A DNA stretch of 63,048 nt, counting the filler, from Reclinomonas americana ATCC 50394 (lineage: Eukaryota), in the NCBI GenBank assembly GCA_048213135.1. It is 13 parts of 13 records of this genome, joined end to end, with 100 filler letters (N's around TTAATTAATTAA, not from the genome) between each part and the next. Parts side by side here need not be neighbours in the genome. Positions count along the whole stretch, not along the records: positions 38,075 to 49,792 come from AFZH01022817.1; positions 49,893 to 53,947 come from AFZH01022818.1; positions 54,048 to 55,510 come from AFZH01022822.1; positions 55,611 to 57,049 come from AFZH01022823.1; 9 more parts are not named here. One strand, written 5' to 3'. The notes beneath the pieces are model-generated. The model saw only the letters and a list, made by a program, of their open reading frames with translations, searched no databases and had not been told where the DNA came from. A program made the translations under genes and the position numbers. Below, one piece after another: positions 46,061-55,810 of the stretch. Within the stretch, counting starts at the first letter, position 1. Each line of letters starts with the position of its first letter.

Positions 46061-47974
46061 ATGGGTATATCGCACATGGCCGCCCGTCGCCCTCTGGACG
46101 GCATCGTCGTCGGAGAGAAGTCGAAGGCGCGTGGACAGGTGCGCACGTACGCTCTTGGCGTTGACCAACTGCAGGAGGCCGGCCTCTCGGTCGCCGACGC
46201 TGCCAAGCGGCTGGCGCAGCCCGGCCAGCGGGTGTCAGCGGTCATCATCTCTCGCGACAGGCGCACATTCCCCACCAGCGCCGTCGCAGCCGATGAGGAC
46301 ATCTCGTTCGCCTCGTACGGCGGCACGGAGGGACGCGAGATCGGCGACGAGAACGACCTCGTCGCGTGGCTGGACGATCACCGCGACGCCATCTCCCAGG
46401 CATATGTGACTGTGTACGAGGCGGGCCGCCGCGTTGGTGGCGAGGGCGATTGCCTGCTGGCGGCGATCGTCGAGTACCTGCGAGAGCACGGTGGCACCCG
46501 CCGCCGCTTGCCAGTTGACGACGAGGACTTCTTCTACGAGGTGCGCAGCGAGCTTGGGCTCGCTCCTGGTCCGATCGACTATGCGGCGGACCTGCCGCGC
46601 ATCGAGAAGTATCTCGGCTGCGGCGTTGAGGTGCTCGACGCGGCGTCGGGTGAGGTGCTCCACGCGCCGTCGGTCGAGTCGCCGCTGCGGGCGGTCGTGC
46701 AGGTCGCTGGCGGCCACGCGACGCTCAGCTATCGCCGCGGCGTCTGCGGCATGGCCTACGCGAAGCGGCCGCTCAAGCTCGTCGCCTGGGCCCAGGGCGT
46801 CTCTGGGCGGGTGTTCGCGTTTGACGGAACCGCCACCATCGAGACCTCCTTCACCGAGCTGTTCTCGCACAAGTACTGCTTCCTCAAGGTGGGGGAGAAG
46901 CTCGCGTCGGTCGAGAGCGCCGACGCCATGCTCCGCGAGGCACACGCGCAGGCGCTCGAGAAGCGTGAGGCCGTGCTCACCGCCGTCGGAGTGGACATGC
47001 TGCGCCTCGGCACGTTCTCCGACGCGCAGGTCGCCCAAAACATCTGGCGTCGCGACTGCCTGGCAGTCACGTTCCGAACGCTGCCGCAGGATCAGGAGCA
47101 CCTCTTCTCGCGGGCGATGGGCGGCGGGTACATCTACGCGGAGCGCGGGTATGAGGGGCCAGCGATCGAAGTTGACTACAGCAGCTTCTACCCGAACCTG
47201 ATGCGCGCGACGTACCGCGTTCCGTACACGGCTGGTCGGTGGGTGGAGGACTTCGAGCCGTACCGCGAGCTGCTCGCCGGCTGCTCGTCTACGGTGGTGA
47301 AGAAGTTCCCCGTCGCGCTGTTCTCCGTGCGGTTCGACGCGAGCGAGCTGCGCGCCATCCACATGCAGCCGCGCGCCATCTACACGTCGTACGAAGTGTG
47401 GCACGCGCTGCGCCGTGGACTGTCGTGCGAGCCGATCTCCGGCGCCCGCCACCTCGTGTGGGAGTACGAGCAGACCGTGCCGCTCCGCACGGCGTTCGGC
47501 CCGTACGTGGACAAGCTGATGCCCCTCAAGGAGGCTGGCCACAGCTTCGCCAAGGGGCTGCTCAACGTGCTGTGGGGCGCGCTGTGTCGCCGCACGCGCC
47601 GCGTCGAGTCACACAACGATGATGATGAGTGGCGGCTCCCTGAGGGTGCGATCATTAACCTCGCCACCCCCATCTCGCAAGATGCGACGGTGTACGAATG
47701 GCGGCTGCCGGAAGACCGCGTGTTCGCTGGTGCAGCGCCACACGTCGGGCCGTTCTTGACCGCGCTGGGTCGCGTGAAGGCGTCGGCGTTCTGCCTCAGT
47801 CTCGGCGGCAAGCTGGAGGCTCGGATCGTTCGGTACCACACTGACGGCGGCACGGTGGCCACCACCGACCCCGAGCGCGTTGCGGCCGCCATCACTCGCG
47901 ACGCCCAACTGAAGGTCAAGCGCATCGGCGAGGTAAAAGTTGGCGCCGCCAACCGCAAGCCGACGTGGGTTTGA
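46061..47974 (+). CDS. Compact protein-primed family B DNA polymerase with an N-terminal OTU-like domain
   Basis: AMGGG, motif A DYSSFYP, TPR1-like YTSYEVWHALRRG, motif B KGLLNVLWG, motif C YHTDG; OTU-like GDCLLAAI...GGHATL. Confidence 0.85.
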   Translation: MGISHMAARRPLDGIVVGEKSKARGQVRTYALGVDQLQEAGLSVADAAKRLAQPGQRVSAVIISRDRRTFPTSAVAADEDISFASYGGTEGREIGDENDLVAWLDDHRDAISQAYVTVYEAGRRVGGEGDCLLAAIVEYLREHGGTRRRLPVDDEDFFYEVRSELGLAPGPIDYAADLPRIEKYLGCGVEVLDAASGEVLHAPSVESPLRAVVQVAGGHATLSYRRGVCGMAYAKRPLKLVAWAQGVSGRVFAFDGTATIETSFTELFSHKYCFLKVGEKLASVESADAMLREAHAQALEKREAVLTAVGVDMLRLGTFSDAQVAQNIWRRDCLAVTFRTLPQDQEHLFSRAMGGGYIYAERGYEGPAIEVDYSSFYPNLMRATYRVPYTAGRWVEDFEPYRELLAGCSSTVVKKFPVALFSVRFDASELRAIHMQPRAIYTSYEVWHALRRGLSCEPISGARHLVWEYEQTVPLRTAFGPYVDKLMPLKEAGHSFAKGLLNVLWGALCRRTRRVESHNDDDEWRLPEGAIINLATPISQDATVYEWRLPEDRVFAGAAPHVGPFLTALGRVKASAFCLSLGGKLEARIVRYHTDGGTVATTDPERVAAAITRDAQLKVKRIGEVKVGAANRKPTWV

Positions 47975-48000
47975 ACACGCCGGCTCGTTTTTTGCATCAC

Positions 48001-48324
48001 ATGCTGTCGGTGCCGGCGAGTGTGCGAGAGGAAGCGCGGCGTGGACTGCGTTGGCGGGCTGAGCTCGGACGCGGTGGCATCGGCCCAGGCCAGGCGACGG
48101 CACGCATGCTGGCGAGTGGCAAGTTGTCGCTCTCGCGGCTCGTGAAGCTGCGGTCGTATCTCGCGCGTCACGCGGTTGACAAGCGAGGGAAGGGATTCGG
48201 CGAGAACGAACCTGGCTTCCCGTCCGCCGGTCGCGTGGCGTGGGCTCTGTGGGGCGGTGACGCCGCGTGGGCGTGGGCCAACGATGTCATCGCTGCCATC
48301 CGCCGCGCCGCTCGTCGCTCTTGA
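48001..48324 (+). CDS. Small conserved phage-like domain protein, 107 aa
   Basis: VREEARRGLRWR..GRGG...RSYLARHAVDK...PSAGRVAWALWGGDA, a pattern I recall from uncharacterised tailed-phage head-module proteins. Confidence 0.7.
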   Translation: MLSVPASVREEARRGLRWRAELGRGGIGPGQATARMLASGKLSLSRLVKLRSYLARHAVDKRGKGFGENEPGFPSAGRVAWALWGGDAAWAWANDVIAAIRRAARRS

Positions 48325-48346
48325 AGCGACGGCCGCTCACCCCACG

Positions 48347-49297
48347 ATGGAGGCGGCACTCGCTCGTCTGATCAAAAACGGCGGCCAGGGGCTTGGCGCT
48401 GAGTCGCTGCGGCAGCTGCTCGCCGATGATGGTGTGAAGGCACCGCTCGCTCGCATCCGAGAGTACCTGCGGTCGCGTTCGCAAGTGAGTGAGACAATGG
48501 GCTCTCTGCGCAATGCGAACGCGCTCGCTCACGCACGAAGGATCGAGGTGTCTGTGCCGAACGAGCTGCACCACGCCGATCTGCTCCAGCTGCCGAAGGA
48601 TCGGCGCATGCAGTATGCGCTGGTGGTGGTCGACGCGGCGTCGCGCTACAAGGCCGTCGAGCCTCTGCCCGACAAGCACCCTCTGGAGGTGGCGGCGGCA
48701 TTCCGCAAGATTTACAAGGAGACGCCGCTCCAGTGGCCAGAGCGGCTCAACGTTGACGGCGGCACTGAGTTTCGTGGCGACGTGGCGAAGCTGTTCGAGA
48801 AGCACAAGACAGAGGTGAGCCGTGGGCTGAGTGGCGACCACCGACACACGGCGTTCGCAGAATCGGCGAACCGTGTGCTTGGTCGGCGGCTGTTTGCCTT
48901 CCAGCATGAGCAAGAGGAGAGGAGCGGCAAGGTGAACCGAGAGTGGGTGAAGCAGCTGCCTGGCGTCGTCGCGGTCATGAATCGGCTCAAAACCCGGCTG
49001 ACGGGACTCGCGCCGGAGAGAGCCGTTGAGCAGAAGACAGTCGCGCTCAAGCCGTCTGTCTCACACTCGCGTGAGCTGGCAAAGGCAAAAAAGGAAGACA
49101 CCTTCCTTATCGCCATCGGCAGCCACGTGCGTATCCCTCTCGACAAGCCGGCAGATGGGGGGCGGTGGAGAGAGACAGACTTGCGCTTCTCTGACAAGAA
49201 AAAGGTGCTCGAGCAGCGCTGGCTGCCTGGACGGCCGCTTGAGTACAGAGTGGAGGGAGACCCTCGCTGGTGGATGAAGGCGCAGCTGCGGTGGTAG
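48347..49297 (+). CDS. Retroviral-like (rve) DDE integrase, Polinton type
   Basis: PNELHHADL, YALVVVDAASRY, LNVDGGTEF and AFAESANR give a D..D-x34-E triad; WVKQLPGVV.VMN...TGLAP; SH3-like C-terminus. Confidence 0.93.
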   Translation: MEAALARLIKNGGQGLGAESLRQLLADDGVKAPLARIREYLRSRSQVSETMGSLRNANALAHARRIEVSVPNELHHADLLQLPKDRRMQYALVVVDAASRYKAVEPLPDKHPLEVAAAFRKIYKETPLQWPERLNVDGGTEFRGDVAKLFEKHKTEVSRGLSGDHRHTAFAESANRVLGRRLFAFQHEQEERSGKVNREWVKQLPGVVAVMNRLKTRLTGLAPERAVEQKTVALKPSVSHSRELAKAKKEDTFLIAIGSHVRIPLDKPADGGRWRETDLRFSDKKKVLEQRWLPGRPLEYRVEGDPRWWMKAQLRW

Positions 49298-49399
49298 CGG
49301 AATTGCAGCGAAAATGCAGCGAAAACTCTGCAGAAGTGCGGTGGGGGGCCAGCCAGTCACATCTCGCAGTCCGTTGGACACGCCACGCACTCCCACACC

Positions 49400-49606
49400 A
49401 TGCCGTACGACATAGTGAGGCAGCCAGGTGGGTACCGAGTGCGCGTCGCGCACAGCGGGCAGATGCTCAGCCGCAAGCCGCTCACTCTGACGCGAGCGAA
49501 GAAGCAGATCGCCGCTGTCGCCATCAGTGAACGGCAGCACGCACAGATGCTGGCCGAGGCCAAGAGGAGCGGGGGTGTCGTTCGCCGCAAGACGCGAAAG
49601 CCATGA
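49400..49606 (+). CDS. Small basic protein, 68 aa
   Basis: MPYDIVRQPGGYRV...LSRKPLTLTRAKKQ resembles small 'MPY' proteins I recall from virophage/PLV genomes; CACCATG start. Confidence 0.6.
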   Translation: MPYDIVRQPGGYRVRVAHSGQMLSRKPLTLTRAKKQIAAVAISERQHAQMLAEAKRSGGVVRRKTRKP

Positions 49607-49892
49607 GGGCACACAGTCGCAACCGGACAACCCCAACCGCGGCTAAAGCAGAAGACAACACCCAGGGCGCGGCTGAAGCAGTACGGCTGAAGCAGTAGGA
49701 AGCGGAGAAGAGGGAGTTGTCCGGTAGCCGCTTTTTTCGGGCGGCGCGCGGCCTCCGGCGGTGTGGCGCTTGCTGCTGCCTCGGGTGGGGGGNNNNNNNN
49801 NNNNNNNNNNNNNNNNNNNNNNNNNNNNNNNNNNNNTTAATTAATTAANNNNNNNNNNNNNNNNNNNNNNNNNNNNNNNNNNNNNNNNNNNN

Positions 49893-52040
49893 ATTGTGAG
49901 TCGTCTCTCTCTCTCTCTCTCTCTCATTCCTCTGCTTGCATTGATGATTGCTTTGTTGTCAGGATCTGTGTGCTCCGGATTTCGTGCTGTGTGCCAGCGA
50001 GCTGCACCACTTGTGTCGGTGAGTGTGAGGAAGCGAGAGAAGGAAGTGCGCTGGCTTGCTTGACTCACTCATTGTGGTAATGATTGCCAGGGAGCATGTG
50101 ACGGAGAGTGGATCGGATCTGTGTGGCGATGGGGTCATGTCGGTGGCCACTATGCATGAGGTTCCGCGTCGATTCCAACTCATGTACACCAACATGAAGG
50201 TTGCGTTATGGGTGTCTATTGATGCACAGTGCATCGCCAGTGATGTTGACATGAGAGAGAGCACCACAGATTGCATGCCCGCTGTGCCACGCACCCATGG
50301 TTTGTGTTTGTCAGGGAGAGTTGCTTGTCTTGGTCTCTCTCCTCACTGGTGGATGAACAGACGGTGGGCGACTATTACCGCACACATGGCCCATCGCAGT
50401 GTCCGTATGCATGCGAGAGGTGTGGAGAGCAGATGACGCTGGATCGCACGGCGGAGCACGAGTGGAGTGGATGCTTGCGAGAGTGTCCACTCGGATGTGG
50501 ATCAAGGCTGGCGCTGAGTGAGATGGTGGAGCACAGCTGGAGTGGGTGCATGCGAGTGTGTCCGCGTGGGTGTCAGCAGCTGTGTGCGCTGGCGGAGATG
50601 CAGCGGCATCTTGGTGAGTGGGCTTGGAGGAGAGAGATGTGGAATGATACTGATTTGTTCTCTTGTTGCAGAAACGGAGTGCCGACTGCAGCACACTGTG
50701 TGTCGTGGTGGTGATCTGGGGTGTGAATGGCGTGGTATCGTTGGCGAGAGGGAGGAGCATGAACGAGTGTGTGATGTGTTGCGAGTGGAGCGACCACTGC
50801 GAGAGGTTTGTGAGAGGAGATGTGATGAGAATGCACTCTCATTGTTCTGATTTGGGGCGTGTGTGGGTGCGCAGTTGCACATGCAAGTGCGCGGGCTGTC
50901 CCAGTTGGTGGCCGAAAGCAGAGAGCAGCTTGCTCAAGAGAGGGAGGCAAGACAAGCTGCGGATGAACGCCTTGGTCAATGCAGTCTGCAACTATTGGAT
51001 GAGCGGCAGGCACGACAAGATATGGAGGGGCGACTTATTAGTTGTATGGGGATGCTTGTCGAGTACTGTCAGCAACTGAAGTCCACAGACGAGCGCCTTA
51101 GTGTGTGTACCGAACAACTTGCGTCAGAGCGGCGCATGCGCGAATCTCTCGAGAGAGGTGTTGCTGAGGTCTGCGTTGTTATTGTTAGTGGAATCGACTC
51201 CATCTCTCTTCTCCTCATTCCGTCTCCTATCCATCTGCAGCTACTCGCCCGTCTCGAGCCGTTGGAGATGCGTGAGCGAGCGATCCAGGAGCGAGAGGCG
51301 GCTGAACGAGAGCGACAGGCCAGAGAGCAGGAGGAGCGTGAGCGACAGGTCAGAGAGCGAGAGGAGCGGGAGCGGCAGGCCAGAGAGCTAGAGGAGCGGG
51401 AGCGAGCGGTGTGGGCGAAGACAAGTGATCTGCTGAGTGCGGTGGATGGGCGAGTGGTGCTGCAATGGGTGCAGCAAGCGAGAGGTGGCGGTGGGAGTGT
51501 GCCCAAGCTGACGTTGCTGTTCAAGGGCAGTCGAGATGGATTCAGGGTAACCACGTTCCATCAGCGGTGTGACAATCGTGGGTGAGTGATTGCGGAAATG
51601 AGAAGGAGAGCACGGTGTGCTTGATAATTTATAGATGAGTGACTGTGTGCAGGCCAACGCTGACTGTGGCCAAGTCGTCGACGGGACAAGTGTGTGGTGG
51701 ATACACGCCTGTGCCGTGGCAGTCTGCGGGCAGCTATATTGCCGATCCATCTGGCACAAGCTTCTTGTTCTCCGCGTCGTGGAGTGGTGCAACTGCGCGA
51801 CGCTTTTCACTGATGGACGATTACAAAGAGAATGCCGTGAATCACTACTCTGGGCATGGACCTACATTCGGAGGTGGACACGACCTTCGCTTGCTTGACA
51901 ACTGCGACAGCAACACCGATAGCAACAGCAACCTTGGGAACTCTTACCAGAGCACCGACGGCGCTGCATGCGACAACACGACCCTGATGGGATCGTATAA
52001 CTTCCAAGTGGCCGACTACGAAGTCTTCCTCGTTGAATGA
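49893..52040 (+). CDS. TRAF-type zinc fingers, coiled coil and C-terminal TLDc domain; multi-exon, 5' truncated
   Basis: CPLGCG..EH..C repeats and GCEWRG..EEHERVC; TLDc motifs LLFKGSRDGF..FHQRCDNRG|PTL, GGYT, SFLFS, GPTFGGGHDL, DYEVF. Confidence 0.85.
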
Positions 52041-52693
52041 ATTCAGCTCTGCAAGCACAACAACAACAACAAATTCATTCACCAACAAGCAAGCAACAGC
52101 AGTATTGATGACGCTCGGTCGTTTGCCAGATCTAGAGACTGACGACACAGGTTGATGTAAATTGTGTGACACGGAGCGAAGTTCTTGACTTGTTCAGAGT
52201 TCCGAGGGCGAATGTACACACTAGAAAACCTGCCGCAATTATGGTTGGACTTGGTCTGTTGATTATTTGTCGGTAATATGTGGATTTGTAGTGTTTGCAT
52301 GATTTCAGACAAATTGTTGGACAAAATATCAGTTTTTCTCACTCCAAGCTCTTCTGCCACACACCACCATGAATCCAATGCAGCTTACACACAAGATACA
52401 CAACATGTACACACCTGCGCGCACAGTGCGTCTGCATCCACATTACTGTCGATTTTACTGAACGAATGTGCACGTGAAAGCGATAACCGTCGATTTTTCC
52501 ATTTTCAGTTCGATTTGCGTGAGAGTGGAACAAGTTCTGCTCGTCGACCAGAGAGAGGGTTGCAAAGAGATAACAAACATGTGGGACGACTATGGGCCAT
52601 CGCGATATCATCCAGAGGCGGTGGAGGGAGCGAGGTGAGAAGAAGAAAAAAGATAAGAAGAGAGCGAGTGAGTGAGAAAGAAAGAAAGAGAGA

Positions 52694-52704
<11 letters not shown>

Positions 52705-52742
<38 letters not shown>
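52705..52742. repeat. (GA)n microsatellite
   Basis: Read directly. Similar GA/CT tracts lie near 34840-34890, 59587-59617 and 59769-59823. Confidence 0.9.
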
Positions 52743-52745
<3 letters not shown>

Positions 52746-52890
52746 GGAGAGGGAGGGAGTGTGTGTATATGTATGAGAGAGGGAAGGAACTGAGTGAGGA
52801 GAGAGGTAATGGGAGGAGAATGATCACTTGTCTCTCATGCAACTCACACTCAATCACTCACTCTCTCCCTCTCTCTCTCACACACACACA

Positions 52891-52921
<31 letters not shown>

Positions 52922-53181
52922 CTCAACATTGCACACTCTCTTGCTCACTCACTCTTACTTGCGCACACTCTCTTACAATTTGCACACCAGGTGTCACCTT
53001 AGTCGTCTTAAACTACTTTAGGCGACGGTTTGCACTCACTCCACTCACTGCACTCACTGCACTCACTGCACTCTCTTCTCTCTCTCTCCTTCTCTTCCCA
53101 CAATCCTGTCACGATCCTGTCACTCCTTGTCGTATTCCCACCCTTCCCCCCTGTTCCCTCCCCCCTTGCAGAGTCGCCCGC

Positions 53182-53770
53182 ATGTTCGACCTCGGCACCG
53201 CCGCACCCATCATTGGCCGTTTCCGCAAATCCTTCTGCAACCCGTCTCTGACACAGCAGGGATGGGCGCTCGAGCGCACCCTCGAAGACGTGCGCGAAGT
53301 CGGCGTGCAAGTCGTCTGCCTGGACGAGGCTGTTATTCCCTTTTCCTTGTTGCCTGACGATGAGCTGGTGCCGGTGTGCTCGGTGGGCGAGAATCGGTGA
53401 GTTTTAATGGCAAAGGGAGTTTGCATCTCCTGCCCCTTGATTCTTCCACTCTTCTCACCCCTTCCCCTCCCTCCTCACAGTTCACAAGTCCTCTTCCGCG
53501 TCCTCCACGACATGATCCAAGACCTCCCCGTGTTCTCAGGCCGAGTTGCGCCTCGCCTTACCTCCCCCATCCTCACCCCACCTTGTTCATTTCTCACATC
53601 CGCTCGCAGTTGCTACCACCGCACGCCGCCGACACGAAACTCGACGCCTTTTGTTCGCGCTTCGAGACGTTTTTGATGCCCACCAAGACCGACCCCGAAT
53701 TCGACGGCTTTGTCGAGGCATTTGGAGTGCCACGACAGCCGATTTTCGGCGAGGAGGCGTTCCCAGAGGT
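53182..53770 (+). CDS. 5' exons of an unknown protein, truncated
   Basis: MFDLGTAAPIIGRFRKSF... in three phase-compatible exons with pyrimidine-rich introns. Confidence 0.5.
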
Positions 53771-53913
53771 CAGAGGCAGAGAACATGACCGCGGTTGCAT
53801 TGTAGTTCCTTGCTGTCTCTTGTCTGTCTGTCGCTTCTTCTTCTACGTGTTTCGTTCTCCTCGTGCTGACTCTTGCCTTTTCCCTACTGTCTCTCCCTGC
53901 CATTCCCCCAGTC

Positions 53914-53946
<33 letters not shown>

Positions 53947-54233
53947 CNNNNNNNNNNNNNNNNNNNNNNNNNNNNNNNNNNNNNNNNNNNNTTAATTAAT
54001 TAANNNNNNNNNNNNNNNNNNNNNNNNNNNNNNNNNNNNNNNNNNNNCCTCTCCTCTCCTCTCCTCTCCTCTCCTCTCCCTCTCCTCCCTTCTCCTCTCC
54101 CTCTCCCTCTCCACTTCCGTTTCCCTCTCCCTCCTCTCCTCTCCCTCTCCCTCTCCCACTCCCTCTCTCCTCTCCATTTCCCTTTCCCTTTATCTCCCTC
54201 TTCCCTGCCCCTCTCTCATTTGTTCACCTCCAG

Positions 54234-55060
54234 TTGCGAGTGGAACCCGTGCGCCGTATTGTCGCCCCGGCCGCAGCCATTGCTGCACCACCGGCAAGAC
54301 CCATGCTGCAAGCCAACGCTGTGCCGAGTTTCGCATTCTCACGTTGCCTTGTCCATCTGTGTCGGCCATTCTGACAGTTGGTGTGTCGACAGACTTTGTG
54401 TACCCGATGGTACCGCAACCGCAACCACAAAACAAGGGCCAGCAGCAACAGCAGCGGTCGCGACCCACGGTTCTCGATCTGCGACAGAAGCGCATCGCTG
54501 GTGAGCCTCACCAGTGGCGAGACAGAGTTTGCACCACAGAAAGAACGGGCGTCTACCAGCGAGAGAGAGAGAATATGTGCCTCTTAGTCGTCCTTCTCCT
54601 CTCCCACCTGCACCTGACTCGAGCGTATCGCAGATGCACAAAAAGCCAAGGTGCAGGCCATTAACGAGGTAGCCTCGTTGCCTGATGTGGTGGTGCCATC
54701 CAAAGCAGGGTACGTGCGGACGATCGGTTGATGTCTGTCCGCGACCACTCACTTGCCTCTGCGCATGCACACAGCGCCTCTGGCCAGCTCTCGCCATTGT
54801 CGCCACGATCGGCAGCGCGTGAGAGAATTCAACAGAAGCGGTTCGCCAACGACGACGATGCCGCATCTGACTCGCCGCCGTCCCTGTCGCCCTCGGCGGA
54901 CCAGAGCTCGCCAGCGCCCAAAGCCACCGATGTCAGTCGTGTGAACGAGATGATGGGACAGGCGATTGGCGTGGCAGGAATGTCGCGACCGAGCGCGCCA
55001 GTGGGAGTGGCACGGCGGCACTTTGGTGCTGGTCCGGCCGTCATTCAAGTGCGCAAGGTG
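54234..55060 (+). CDS. Internal exons of an unknown low-complexity protein
   Basis: Pro/Gln/Ser-rich exon-like blocks bounded by AG/GT sites. Confidence 0.4.
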
Positions 55061-55610
55061 AGCTGCGGGGTTGGTGGGGAAAGTGATGTCGCGTCGCACC
55101 TTGAGGCGAGCGGGGGTAATGTTGAGTGTGGATGATTCGCATAACCTCACCTTTCGCCGGTTTCCTCCTGCTGTCTCGTGCTTCAACTCTTGTCATGTGT
55201 TTGCTTTACCTCCAGCAGATTTGGGTATCTAATGATGCTCGTTTCGAGCACCTCTTGCCTCTTTCGTTCATCGCTTCTCCTTTTCTCGATTTTGAATCGT
55301 CTCGCAGCACATCGCCCTCTCCGCCATGCTTTCTCGCACCCGCTTTCCGTTTTTTCTTGTTCATTCCTCCACGTTTGTTCTCTCTTCTCATCTGCCCCTT
55401 GTTTCCTTCCCATTGCTTTCCTGCCCCTCTCTTCTCCCTCCCCCCTCTCTTCCCCTCTCTTCCCCCTCTCTTCTCCCTCTCTTCTCCCTCTCTTCCCCCT
55501 CTCTTCCCCCNNNNNNNNNNNNNNNNNNNNNNNNNNNNNNNNNNNNNNNNNNNNTTAATTAATTAANNNNNNNNNNNNNNNNNNNNNNNNNNNNNNNNNN
55601 NNNNNNNNNN

Positions 55611-55790
55611 CCCCTCTCTTCCCCTCTCTTCCCCTCTCTCTCCTCTCTCTCCTCTCTTCCCCTCTCTTCCCCTCTCTTCCCCTCTCTTCCCCTCTCTTCC
55701 CCTCTCTTCTCCCTTCTCTTCCCCTTCTCCGTCCCCCTTCTCCGTCCCCCTCTCTTCCCCCTCTCTTCCCCCTCTCTTCCCTTTGTCCCT
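55611..55790. repeat. (CTCTTCCC)n-type polypyrimidine repeat at the contig end
   Basis: Read directly. The same repeat ends the previous contig (about 55420-55510), so the two contigs may be parts of one gene. Confidence 0.8.
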
Positions 55791-55810
55791 TTCTCACATT
55801 TCTCCAACAG

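Larger units (their letters stand above)
38075..49792. mobile_element. Partial Polinton/Maverick-like or Polinton-like virus genome (the entire contig)
   Basis: Intronless, GC-rich, compact ORFs encoding a protein-primed PolB, an SF3 helicase, a Polinton-type rve integrase and a fibre protein. No host-type introns or microsatellites. Confidence 0.85.

Noticed and set aside
44259..47542. Long opposite-strand ORFs (716, 458 and 435 aa) over the helicase and PolB
   Set aside because: They are antisense shadows of GC3-rich genes, with Arg/Ala/Gly-rich motif-less translations.
38075..49792. Capsid protein, A32 ATPase, adenain protease and TIRs in the element
   Set aside because: No ORF shows recognisable motifs and the contig ends are not inverted copies. 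The left end breaks inside the fibre gene, so absence is uninformative.
38075..49792. Element as a bacterial prophage or plasmid contaminant
   Set aside because: The Polinton-type rve integrase, OTU-fused pPolB, NLS-like motifs and lack of consistent Shine-Dalgarno sites favour a eukaryotic virus. The true host remains unproven.
53670..53770. FVEAFGVPR as V-ATPase subunit a
   Set aside because: Only a short resemblance. The following YxEVNP motif and the rest of the protein do not match.
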